This document shows, piece after piece, positions 30,947 to 40,321 of a stretch of DNA of 64,000 nucleotides; the first letter of the stretch is position 1; each line of letters starts with the position of its first letter. The translations under genes and the position numbers were made by a program. The notes beneath the pieces are model-generated. The model searched no databases, had not been told where the DNA came from, and worked only from the letters and a program-made list of their open reading frames with translations. The stretch comes from Saprospiraceae bacterium (GTDB lineage: Bacteria > Bacteroidota > Bacteroidia > Chitinophagales > Saprospiraceae), in assembly GCA_965227445.1 (NCBI GenBank), contig OZ245751.1:4178499-4242498 (forward strand). The letters run 5' to 3'.

Positions 30947-33055
30947 ATGTTTGCTAACACCGCTCTGCTAATTTACCTGGGTATCGGCCTTTTTGTGCTG
31001 CTGGGCATCTTCTTCATGATCGCCAAATGGTATAAAAAGGTACCCCAGGGGAAGGCTATGATAGCTACCGGTTTTCGCGGAACCCGGGTAGCTTATGAGA
31101 ATGGTCTCATGGTCATCCCTATTTTTGAGATGTACGAACAGATGGACCTGTCGGTAAAAACCATCGAGATTCAACGCATGGAAAAGGACGGCCTGATCTG
31201 TAAGGACAATATCCGCGCCGACATTAAGGTCGTATTCTTTGTCCGCATCAATAAGGATGAAGCCGACATCAAAAAGGTAGCCCAGTCCATCGGTTGCGAA
31301 CGGGCCTCTGACCTGAATACCCTGCGGGAACTCTTCGAGGCAAAATTCTCCGAAGCTATCAAAACGGTCGGGAAGCGATTCGACTTTGTCGAACTCTACG
31401 ATAATCGCGAGAAGTTTAACCTGGAGATTCAGAATACCATCGGGGAATACCTGAATGGTTATAAACTGGATGATGTGTCCATCGATTATTTGGAGCAAAC
31501 CGACCTGGATTTCCTCAAAGTGGATAATATCCTGGATTCGGAGGGTATCAAAAAAATCACCGAACTCACGGCCCAGCAAAAGATCAAGGCCAACTTCATC
31601 CGCCGTGAAGAGGAAAAGACCCTCAAGGAACAAGACGTCGAAGCCCGCGAAGCCATCCTCGAATACGAACGCCAACTGGCGGAGAAGGAAGAACGACAAA
31701 AGCGGGAAATCGCCAATATCAAAGCCCGGGAAGGAGCGGAGATCGCCAAGATAAACGAGGAGGAGCGCTTGCGGTCCGAGATTGTCCGCATCAAAACCGA
31801 AGAAGAACTCGCTATTGCCGAAGAGAATAAAAACCGCCAGGTGATCGTCGCTGCCAAGAATAAGGAGCGCACCGATGTGGTAGAAACCGAACGCGTAGAG
31901 AAGGATCGTGCCCTGGAACAAACCGAACGCGAAAAGATCGTTGCCCTGGCCGATATCGAAAAAGAGCGCGCCCTGGAGGTGGAACGCAAAAACATCCAGG
32001 ATGTCATTCGCGAGCGCGTAATGGTCGAGAAAAAGACCGTCGAGGAAGAAGAGCGCATCAAGGACACCCGCGTTTTGGCCGAAACCAACCGCCTGAAGGA
32101 GAAGACCCTCATCGAGGCCTCCGCAACCGGTGAAGCCACCGTCATTGAGCAAGAGCGCAAAGCGGAAGCTCAGCGCCAGGCAGCCGAGATCCAGGCCAGG
32201 ACGCTGATTATCGAAGCTGAAGCACACAAAGATGCTGCCACCCGGGAAGCCGAAGCCCGCAAGATAAAGGCCGAAGCTAAAGCCGCCGAAGAAGCCACCA
32301 TTGGACTTTCCGAAGCACAGGTCATCGAGGCCAAAGCTAAAGCGGAAGAGCTACACGGCGAAGCGGAAGCCCGCGTACTGGAGAAGAAAGCTATTGCCGA
32401 AGCTACCGGCATCGAAGCCAAGGCCAAGGCCCTTCGCGAGCAAGGCCTGATGGAAGCAGAAGTGGCTCGCCAACAGGGCAACGCGGAAGCCGAGGTCATG
32501 GAACAGAAGTACGCTGCCGAAGCCAAAGGAGTGGAAGAGAAAGCCCTGGCCATGCAGAAACTCGACGGCGTCGGAAAAGAACACGAAGAGTTCAAACTAC
32601 GACTGGAAAAAGACAAGGCTGTCGAGCTGGCCCATATTGGCATCCAAAAGGATGTGGCCAACGCCCAGGCCGATGTTTTGGCGGAAGCCTTAAAACAAGC
32701 CAACATCGACATCATCGGTGGCGAAATGCAGTTCGTCAACAGCATCCTGAACTCGATCAATCGCGGCCGCAACATCGACGGCCTGATCGACAACAGTCAG
32801 CACCTGCAAGACCTGAAGTCATCCCTGATCGGAAACGGAAGCAACGGCAACGCCGGTGGCCTGTTTACCCAGATCAGCGGACTGCTGCAACGCTCTGGGC
32901 TTAAATTGTCCGACGTAAAGGATCTGACCCTGACGGCCCTGCTGATGCAGGTGCTGGATAAGAGCGATAAGGATGAGAAAGGGGCTATTCAGCGACTGAT
33001 CGACCGCGTAGAAGAACTCGGGATCGGTAAACTGAAAACAGAACACCTGATGTAG
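30947..33055 (+). CDS. flotillin-family SPFH/Band-7 protein (YqiK/FloT-like)
   Basis: N-terminal TM followed by an SPFH domain, then a very long Glu/Ala-rich coiled coil (AEAEAHKDAATREAEARKIKAEAKAAEEA...). 702 aa. Confidence 0.8.
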   Translation: MFANTALLIYLGIGLFVLLGIFFMIAKWYKKVPQGKAMIATGFRGTRVAYENGLMVIPIFEMYEQMDLSVKTIEIQRMEKDGLICKDNIRADIKVVFFVRINKDEADIKKVAQSIGCERASDLNTLRELFEAKFSEAIKTVGKRFDFVELYDNREKFNLEIQNTIGEYLNGYKLDDVSIDYLEQTDLDFLKVDNILDSEGIKKITELTAQQKIKANFIRREEEKTLKEQDVEAREAILEYERQLAEKEERQKREIANIKAREGAEIAKINEEERLRSEIVRIKTEEELAIAEENKNRQVIVAAKNKERTDVVETERVEKDRALEQTEREKIVALADIEKERALEVERKNIQDVIRERVMVEKKTVEEEERIKDTRVLAETNRLKEKTLIEASATGEATVIEQERKAEAQRQAAEIQARTLIIEAEAHKDAATREAEARKIKAEAKAAEEATIGLSEAQVIEAKAKAEELHGEAEARVLEKKAIAEATGIEAKAKALREQGLMEAEVARQQGNAEAEVMEQKYAAEAKGVEEKALAMQKLDGVGKEHEEFKLRLEKDKAVELAHIGIQKDVANAQADVLAEALKQANIDIIGGEMQFVNSILNSINRGRNIDGLIDNSQHLQDLKSSLIGNGSNGNAGGLFTQISGLLQRSGLKLSDVKDLTLTALLMQVLDKSDKDEKGAIQRLIDRVEELGIGKLKTEHLM

Positions 33056-33069
33056 TGTTATCGAATCGA

Positions 33070-33106
33070 AAGGATACGGATTAGAAAAGTCTATTCCGCA
33101 TCCTTT
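33070..33106. terminator. putative bidirectional terminator hairpin
   Basis: AAGGATACGGA...TCCGCATCCTT 11-bp stem with one mismatch, between convergent flotillin and Uma2 genes; overlaps the Uma2 stop. Confidence 0.4.
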
Positions 33107-33708
33107 CCCTTCTCAGCCGACCGGAATACATCTGACAGGTCTATTGCCAGTTCCGGGAATACATTGGATTGGACTTGATCATCCTCTGCAAGCGGTCGAT
33201 GACCTATGAACCGTCCCTCTTCATTGAGGACGTACATGATCAATACCTTCTGCAACGGATCGATCAGCCAGTATTCCGAAACGCCCGATTCCTGATAGAC
33301 ATCAAACTTTTCGGTCATTTCCGTCTTGGCATTACCGGGCGATAGGACTTCGATCACAAGGTCCGGTGCACCGTCGCATCCCTTTTCATCGAGTTTGTCA
33401 GGATCGCACACCACACAGAGATCTGGTTGAACAACGGTGAACGTCTGGTCTCCCTTTGGGACCGGCAGACGAACATCAAAAGGTGCTGGGAAAAATTGAC
33501 AGGAACGATCCTTAAAGTGATACCAAAACAGGCCGTAGAGATTACCAGCTATCCGCTGGTGCTCTTTACCCGGAGCGGGACTCATTTTGACCAGGCGACC
33601 ACGAATAAGTTCTACCCGTTCCTTGAAGGCCCAGGTCAGATAATCAGCGAAGGAATACTGCTTAGAAGTATCGAGTTGGTCAAGACTGGTGACGATCATT
33701 TGCTCCAT
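33091..33708 (-). CDS. Uma2-family (DUF820) putative restriction-endonuclease-like protein
   Basis: ...KMSPAPGKEHQ...PDLVIEVLSPGN...EKFDVYQESGVSEYWLIDP motif pattern of the Uma2/PD-(D/E)xK family. Confidence 0.7.
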   Translation of the reverse strand: MEQMIVTSLDQLDTSKQYSFADYLTWAFKERVELIRGRLVKMSPAPGKEHQRIAGNLYGLFWYHFKDRSCQFFPAPFDVRLPVPKGDQTFTVVQPDLCVVCDPDKLDEKGCDGAPDLVIEVLSPGNAKTEMTEKFDVYQESGVSEYWLIDPLQKVLIMYVLNEEGRFIGHRPLAEDDQVQSNVFPELAIDLSDVFRSAEKGKDAE

Positions 33709-33743
33709 TTATGGAAAAATACAACTAATTAAACTGCCAAACA

Positions 33744-36700
33744 ATGACCCAGAAGGCCCAAACAACCCTGGAAGGCGGTAGCTACGAGATCATTCGCAAG
33801 CGCTTATTGGAGCAAGCCGGAGAGCTCCGCCAGCGACTGCAAATGCTGAATACTGCCCGTAAGGATGTGTTCGGAGCGATCGAGAATACCCTCATCGCCA
33901 ACGAACGCATTCATACGGGTAACTACTGCATGGCCCGGGATATGGTCGCCCTCGGTGACTACTGCCTGTTTGGGTACAATGTGCATATCGGTTTGCGGTC
34001 GGGCATTGTTCTGCAGGATGTGTTCAGCATCTATACCTTCCGGGATCAATCGTTCGGAGAGGGGTCCCTGAATCTGATACAGGATGAAAAGTTCGTCACT
34101 GATTTCCAAAACCTCTACCGCTACTATAAAGACGCTTACTTCGCTCGCTTTTCCCGGCGAGGGCGGTACCTGTACATGGTGTTTTACCTCAGTGAAAAAG
34201 GAGAGGATATCAAGGCCTTCAAATGGCTGATTACCGATGATGGTCTCGAGTACATCGACAATCGGTCGGATCACGAGGTGGGCCTGCCCGATCAATACGA
34301 ATTCCGCTGGAAAGTCGCCGGCCGGGACGATCAACGCCGGGGAGCTCATCCGCACGTATCCATTCTGGATAGGGTGTTCGTGGAAACCCTTGGCGGAGAT
34401 CTGACCATTAAGGTGGAGGACAATACCGATGATGGGATGGGCATCCTCAGGGAACCCGTGGAACATCGCGACCAGACCCTCGACGATGCCGAGTTTCACT
34501 ACGCCGATCTGGGCAACCTCATTGCCCTGAAGATTCGACCCTACCAGGAAGAGCCACGGTATTTTATCTTCAACGAAAAGATACAGCAGGCCCTGCGCAT
34601 CGATGCCCTGGACCGCTCCGGTGTTTTGCTACCCGATCAGCAAGGCCTGATCTTCGCCAATGGCTACTACCTGCAAACCGGTGAATACAAAGTATTCGAC
34701 AACCAGCCCGAGTACCTGCAATTTAAAAAGCGGGTCGTATCTCCTAATGGGGAGGATTTTCTATTTGTATTCTACGCGCCGAAAGAAGGGCAGTACTGCC
34801 TGCACCACTATAACGTTATTGAGCAAACGGTCGCCACCCCCATCCTTTGCCATGGTTTTTCCATTTTTCCCGATGGTGAAATGGCCTATTTTAAGGCCGA
34901 AGATGAACCCACCAAACACCACCAGGTACAGATATGGCAAACGCCTTTTCTCGCCGGGGAGACCATTCCCTCGGAGCATACCGACAACTACCTCTTTAAG
35001 GTGGGTAATAAAGACCTGGTGAAGGCCATGGCCGAATGCCAGGAGATCTTATCGCTTACGCAAAAAGAAGACTCCTACGCCGACCTCTACGATGATCTGG
35101 TCCGGCGAACTACCGATGTACTGGATTCCTATTACTGGATTGGTCAGGCCGATACTTTTCGCCTCGATGAGCCGCTCGAAGCCCTGCGGGAAACGGCGCG
35201 TTCGGCCATCGGCGAATTCGAGAAAAAGCGCCGCCAGGAGCGGGAAACCCGGGAAGCTACCGAGCGGGTGCGAACGGAAGCCATCAACCTCTTCGAGCAG
35301 ATCAAACGGCAGACCTTCAACAGCATTGATCTGTTCGTCGGCAGCCTGGCCGACCTGCGTCGGTTGCGAGGGGAACTGGTCGGCCTCAAAGAGCGAAAAT
35401 ACGTGGACCTGGAGTTGGTCGAACAGCTGGAAGAGCAAGCGGGTAAGGCCAACGAACGCCTGTCAAATGATTGCGTCCAGTTCCTCCTGCAGGAAGAAGC
35501 CCTGAGTCCTTACGATGACCGTATCCAACAGGCAAGTCAGGGCATTGACCAACTGGCCACCGCCCGGGAAGCTGGTGAACGGGCCGAGACATTCCAGGAA
35601 ATCAGCAATGAACTGGAACTCCTGACGGAGATCGTGAGCAACCTTAAAATTGATGATGCTACCCAGACGACCCACATTATCGATCAGATCTCCGGCCTGT
35701 TCACCCTGCTGAACCAGTCGAAAGCTTCCCTGAAGCGCCACAAAGAAAATCTGCAGCGCACCGAAGCGACGGCAGAGTTTACGGCCCAACTAAAATTACT
35801 TGACCAAAGCACCATCAACTACCTGGACGTAGCTGACACCCCCGAAAAGTGTGACGATTACCTCAGTAAGATCATGGTTCAGCTGGAGGAACTCGAGAGT
35901 AAATTCGTGGAGATACCGGAATTTACCGAACGCCTGGCCGAAAAACGGGAAGAGATCTACGGTGCTCTGGAGGGCCGGAAAAACCGCCTGATCGAGGCCC
36001 TCAATAACCGCACCACCTCCCTGGTTTCTGCGGCAGATCGCATCCTCAGTGGTATTCGTAAACGCGTGCATGCATTCAAAAAAGCAGAAGAACTCAACAG
36101 CTTTTTCGCCGCCGACCTGATGGTGGAAAAAGTGCGGGATCTGGCTCGTCAGCTTACGGAGCTGAACGACAGCACTAAAGCCAATGGTGTGCTGACACGT
36201 CTCAAAACCCAGAAAGAAGATGCCTTGCGCCAATTACGCGACAAGCAGGACTTATTCGTAGATGGTGAGGACCTGATCAAGCTGGGACGGCATACCTTCA
36301 CCGTCAGTACCCAACCACTGGAGCTTACGGTGGTGCGGCAGGGCGAACAAATGGCCTTCCACCTCACTGGTACCAATTTCTACGATCCGATTGAGGATCA
36401 GTCTTTCCAGGCTACCCGCCCGATTTGGGATATGCAACTGCCCTCCGAAAATGAAGAGGTTTATCGCGGGGAATACCTGGCCTGGGAATTACTGCCCCTG
36501 GCCACCGAAGCGCCGTGGCCAACCGATGATTTTCCGGCTCTGCTCAAAATGGTACGGGCGGAGGCCGCCAAGCGCTACGAAGAGGGCTACGTAAAAGGTA
36601 TCCACGATGAAGATGCCACACGTATTTTAGCTGCCTTACGGCAAAAAAGCCAGGCGTTAGGCTTATTGCATTATTCATCACGGGTCCGCGCCTGTGGTTG

Positions 36701-38612
36701 CTTGTACTGGCACCATTTCCTGGAAACTGACCAGCGCAAGCATCTGGACCAGCAACTGGCTCATGCCGGACAGATTTTGCGGGTATTTCCCCGTACCAAA
36801 GAGTTCGATTATTTGCGGGGTGAACTGCGCAGTGCGCTGCAAAGGTTAAACGACCAATGGCAAATCTTTCCCGACTTCCTCATTCCGGAAGCGGCTGCTT
36901 ACCTATTCGAAGAGCGCGTACGTCGCCGCACCGGCTTTGTATCGGCACCCGAAGCGGCCGAATTATACAATGCCTTTTGGCAAACCATTACATCGCAAAA
37001 GGCCGTCGAAACCATCCGGGAAGGACTGGAAGAACTTGCTGAGCAACCCCTGGAGCAGTATCACCTGGTCAGGCAGTGGGTGTACGCTTTCCTGGAAACA
37101 AAATCTAATGGCGGCCAGCATGCCCTACTCGACGAAATCTCCTGCCTGGTGGTTATCGATGATTTTACGATCGACCATGCGGGCGAAGTATCCGCCCAAA
37201 GCACCCTGGAAGGGCTACGCGGCGACCATCCCCTTTTGCCGAAAGGCAAATACAAACTGAACTACCACGAGTTGACCGATAAAATGGAGCGGTTCCGGAA
37301 TGAAACGCAGCCCCTGTACCAACAATTTGCCGATCTGAAACGAACCCTGACCGAGGCTTTCCGGAAAGAAGCCCAACTGGATTCCTTTACGCCCAGGGTG
37401 CTCAGTTCCTTTGTCCGCAATCAATTGATTGATCAGGTCTATCTACCGATTTTCGGCGATAACCTGGCCAAGCAGATCGGTACGGCCGGCGAGCAAACCC
37501 GCACCGACCGCATGGGCATGCTGCTGTTAATTTCCCCACCCGGCTACGGGAAGACCACCTTGATGGAATACATCGCCGACCGCCTGGGCCTCATATTCGT
37601 GAAGGTGAACGGCCCGGCCATCGGACACCGGGTGACGGGCCTGGCCCCGTCCGATGCACCCACCATCGCCGCAGCCAACGAGCTGGAAAAACTGAACCTC
37701 GCCTTCGAGATGGGGGATAATATTATGCTGTACCTCGATGATATCCAGCACTGCCATCCCGAATTTCTCCAGAAATTCATCAGCCTGTGCGATGCCCAGC
37801 GCAAGATTGAAGGCGTGTATAAAGGAGAAGCCAAAACCTACGATCTGCGGGGACGGCGGGTCTGTGTAGTCATGGCCGGAAACCCCTATACCGAGCAGGG
37901 TGAGCGTTTTCAAATCCCGGATATGCTGGCCAACCGGGCCGATATTTACAATCTGGGAGATATCATTGGCGATAGTAAGGATGTTTTCGAGCTTAGCTAT
38001 CTGGAAAATGCACTTACCTCTAACGAACACCTCCAGGACCTGGTGGCGGGAGGACTCGACAATGTGTATGCCCTACTGAAAGCGATGAAGCAAGGGTCCA
38101 TGGAAGGAATTGACCTGAAAGGGAATTACGCACCGGAAGCTATCCGGGACTTCCAGGCTGTTTTGACAAAGATGGTACGCATCCGCGATGTTGTGCTGCG
38201 GGTTAACCAGGAATACATACGATCAGCTGCCACGGATGATGCTTTCCGTACCGAACCGTCCTTCAAATTGCAGGGTTCCTACCGAAATATGAATAAGCTG
38301 GCAGAAAAGGTAGTGCCCATAATGAACGAAGAGGAATTGAATACCCTCATCCTGGCCCATTACGAAGGGGAGTCCCAAACCCTGACTAGTGATGCCGAAG
38401 CCAACTTTCTGAAACTGAAGGAAATCATGGGGGCCCTCACCGAAGAAGAAGCCACCCGCTGGGAAGCCATTAAAGCGACTTTCGTCAAAAACAAACGCTT
38501 CTTCGGCGCAGACGGCACCGACCGCATGGCCCAGATCCTGGCCCAAATGGATGTATTTAACGAAAGTGTGCTGGGAATCCGCGATGCACTGCAAGGACGG
38601 AAGGACGGCTGA
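33744..38612 (+). CDS. giant (1622 aa) coiled-coil protein with C-terminal MoxR/AAA_5-like P-loop ATPase domain; function unknown
   Basis: About 450-aa globular N-terminal region, about 500-aa heptad-rich coiled coil, Walker A LLLISPPGYGKTTLMEY, Walker B-like IMLYLDDIQH, sensor VVMAGNPY. Stop codon is supplied by the first unit of the heptamer array. Confidence 0.6.
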   Translation: MTQKAQTTLEGGSYEIIRKRLLEQAGELRQRLQMLNTARKDVFGAIENTLIANERIHTGNYCMARDMVALGDYCLFGYNVHIGLRSGIVLQDVFSIYTFRDQSFGEGSLNLIQDEKFVTDFQNLYRYYKDAYFARFSRRGRYLYMVFYLSEKGEDIKAFKWLITDDGLEYIDNRSDHEVGLPDQYEFRWKVAGRDDQRRGAHPHVSILDRVFVETLGGDLTIKVEDNTDDGMGILREPVEHRDQTLDDAEFHYADLGNLIALKIRPYQEEPRYFIFNEKIQQALRIDALDRSGVLLPDQQGLIFANGYYLQTGEYKVFDNQPEYLQFKKRVVSPNGEDFLFVFYAPKEGQYCLHHYNVIEQTVATPILCHGFSIFPDGEMAYFKAEDEPTKHHQVQIWQTPFLAGETIPSEHTDNYLFKVGNKDLVKAMAECQEILSLTQKEDSYADLYDDLVRRTTDVLDSYYWIGQADTFRLDEPLEALRETARSAIGEFEKKRRQERETREATERVRTEAINLFEQIKRQTFNSIDLFVGSLADLRRLRGELVGLKERKYVDLELVEQLEEQAGKANERLSNDCVQFLLQEEALSPYDDRIQQASQGIDQLATAREAGERAETFQEISNELELLTEIVSNLKIDDATQTTHIIDQISGLFTLLNQSKASLKRHKENLQRTEATAEFTAQLKLLDQSTINYLDVADTPEKCDDYLSKIMVQLEELESKFVEIPEFTERLAEKREEIYGALEGRKNRLIEALNNRTTSLVSAADRILSGIRKRVHAFKKAEELNSFFAADLMVEKVRDLARQLTELNDSTKANGVLTRLKTQKEDALRQLRDKQDLFVDGEDLIKLGRHTFTVSTQPLELTVVRQGEQMAFHLTGTNFYDPIEDQSFQATRPIWDMQLPSENEEVYRGEYLAWELLPLATEAPWPTDDFPALLKMVRAEAAKRYEEGYVKGIHDEDATRILAALRQKSQALGLLHYSSRVRACGCLYWHHFLETDQRKHLDQQLAHAGQILRVFPRTKEFDYLRGELRSALQRLNDQWQIFPDFLIPEAAAYLFEERVRRRTGFVSAPEAAELYNAFWQTITSQKAVETIREGLEELAEQPLEQYHLVRQWVYAFLETKSNGGQHALLDEISCLVVIDDFTIDHAGEVSAQSTLEGLRGDHPLLPKGKYKLNYHELTDKMERFRNETQPLYQQFADLKRTLTEAFRKEAQLDSFTPRVLSSFVRNQLIDQVYLPIFGDNLAKQIGTAGEQTRTDRMGMLLLISPPGYGKTTLMEYIADRLGLIFVKVNGPAIGHRVTGLAPSDAPTIAAANELEKLNLAFEMGDNIMLYLDDIQHCHPEFLQKFISLCDAQRKIEGVYKGEAKTYDLRGRRVCVVMAGNPYTEQGERFQIPDMLANRADIYNLGDIIGDSKDVFELSYLENALTSNEHLQDLVAGGLDNVYALLKAMKQGSMEGIDLKGNYAPEAIRDFQAVLTKMVRIRDVVLRVNQEYIRSAATDDAFRTEPSFKLQGSYRNMNKLAEKVVPIMNEEELNTLILAHYEGESQTLTSDAEANFLKLKEIMGALTEEEATRWEAIKATFVKNKRFFGADGTDRMAQILAQMDVFNESVLGIRDALQGRKDG

Positions 38613-38995
38613 CGGCTGACGGCTGACGGCTGACGGCTGACGGCTGACGGCTGACGGCTGACGGCTGACGGCTGACGGCTGACGGCTGACGGCTGACGGC
38701 TGACGGCTGACGGCTGACGGCTGACGGCTGACGGCTGACGGCTGACGGCTGACGGCTGACGGCTGACGGCTGACGGCTGACGGCTGACGGCTGACGGCTG
38801 ACGGCTGACGGCTGACGGCTGACGGCTGACGGCTGACGGCTGACGGCTGACGGCTGACGGCTGACGGCTGACGGCTGACGGCTGACGGCTGACGGCTGAC
38901 GGCTGACGGCTGACGGCTGACGGCTGACGGCTGACGGCTGACGGCTGACGGCTGACGGCTGACGGCTGACGGCTGACGGCTGACGGCTGACGGCT
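38604..38995. repeat. perfect tandem heptanucleotide microsatellite (GACGGCT)x56
   Basis: 392 bp with no interruptions, read directly from the sequence; the reverse strand encodes (SRQPSAV)n. Confidence 0.95.
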
Positions 38996-39099
38996 AAGTT
39001 TTTATTTCCACTACACCGAGCCAAATTCTTGGGCCAAAAATTTGTCTGCTTTTATGGGCAAATCCGATGCTGTTATGAATCGCAATAAGCAAACCGTTT

Positions 39100-39581
39100 A
39101 CCGTAGGCCGTGAGCCGTGGGCCATGGACCATGGACCTTGCAGGCTGACCGGGAATAGAAAAAGTCTCCTGTTTTTTAACTGCTTCCCTCATTTGTTATC
39201 AATAAGAGTTTTGAGTATCCGTACAGCCCGCATGGTCATCAGAATTACTCCATGAACGGAGGCACTTAATGCTGTATGGGAACGACTTTTAGAACGTGCC
39301 TAACGGCACTCTTGGACATCCTGCTGCTCACTCCGCACCGGCTAACGCCGGCGCTACATGAAGGTCGTGCCTAACGGCACTGGTACAAATAAAGGTACAT
39401 GATTGAAAGACTCAATTTATGGAGTATCAATGTATGTGTTGAGTTCCCGGTCAGCCTGCTTGGACCGTGAACCGTGAACCGTGAACCGTGAACCGTGGAC
39501 CGTGAACCGTGGGCCGTCTACCTTGGACCGTGGACCTTAGACCTTGGCAGCCCCACTTCACACCTCCTACTTCCTACTTCA
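39100..39581. repeat. degenerate heptamer runs (CCGTRGG/CCATGGA; GAACCGT x about 12; TACTTCC x3) with a 16-bp hairpin direct repeat between them
   Basis: 39100-39145 has CCGTAGG CCGTGAG CCGTGGG CCATGGA CCATGGA. 39462-39550 has GGACCGTG AACCGTG x5... 39561-39581 has CACCTCC TACTTCC TACTTCA. CGTGCCTAACGGCACT occurs twice at 39295 and 39357. Confidence 0.6.
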
Positions 39582-39681
39582 TTTCTATGTGACAAAGATC
39601 ACTGGGTGGCATTGAGATATCTCATGCATTACCAGCCCTTACTCCCCCCATATTTGTCCCAGAACAAATCAACAAGATATT

Positions 39682-40278
39682 ATGAAGACCACTTATCAAA
39701 TGTTACTCACCGCTGTGCTCCTGATCGGAGCCGTTGGTCTGACTGCTCAGAATACATTCGGAGTTTCCGAATGCTCCATAAAGATCAATGGTACTTCATC
39801 CCTGCACGATTGGACCTCTACGGCCGAGGACGTATCCGGCACAGTCCAACTGGATGTAGCCAACCAAACGCTGAATGCCATTAAAGCTCTGACGGTTCGG
39901 ATAAAATCCGAGGGTGTTAAGAGCGAAAAGGGTCGCATCATGGATAATAAGACCCATAAGGCCCTGGCTGCTGATGATCATAAATACATCACTTACGCAC
40001 TCACCAAGGCGAGCATCACTCAGCAAAACGAGCAAAAAGTTACCGTGCGCGCCACCGGCGCCCTGACCATTGCCGGTCAGACCAAGACCATCACCATGGA
40101 TGTAACCGGAACAAAAAAGAACGGTTCCATACAATTTACCGGCAGTAAGGCCCTGAAAATGACTGACTTCGGCATTGATCCACCCACCGCTATGCTGGGT
40201 ACTCTCAAGACCGGAGATGACATTACTATTGATTTTTCACTAACACTTAAGACAAACACGTCCGATAGTAGCCGATAA
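39682..40278 (+). CDS. YceI-family periplasmic protein
   Basis: Signal peptide; ...KMTDFGIDPPTAMLGTLKTGDDITIDFSLTL YceI C-terminal signature. Confidence 0.75.
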   Translation: MKTTYQMLLTAVLLIGAVGLTAQNTFGVSECSIKINGTSSLHDWTSTAEDVSGTVQLDVANQTLNAIKALTVRIKSEGVKSEKGRIMDNKTHKALAADDHKYITYALTKASITQQNEQKVTVRATGALTIAGQTKTITMDVTGTKKNGSIQFTGSKALKMTDFGIDPPTAMLGTLKTGDDITIDFSLTLKTNTSDSSR

Positions 40279-40321
40279 GGCCACTCGCACTCACTATTAC
40301 AAACGAACAAAAAGCAACCTT

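Noticed and set aside
30968-32793. Long antisense ORFs (419, 224 and 207 aa) opposite the flotillin gene
   Set aside because: These are produced by the GAA/GCC-rich codon periodicity of the Glu/Ala coiled coil. The sense strand has clear SPFH homology and the antisense products are low-complexity.
38604-38995. Possible CRISPR array
   Set aside because: The units are 7 bp and strictly tandem with no spacers, so this is a microsatellite and not repeat-spacer architecture. No cas genes are nearby.
38557-39024. 155-aa minus-strand ORF encoding (SRQPSAV)n
   Set aside because: It is simply the one stop-free frame of the (GACGGCT)56 array. It has no start context, no flanking non-repeat coding sequence and no protein-like composition outside the repeat.
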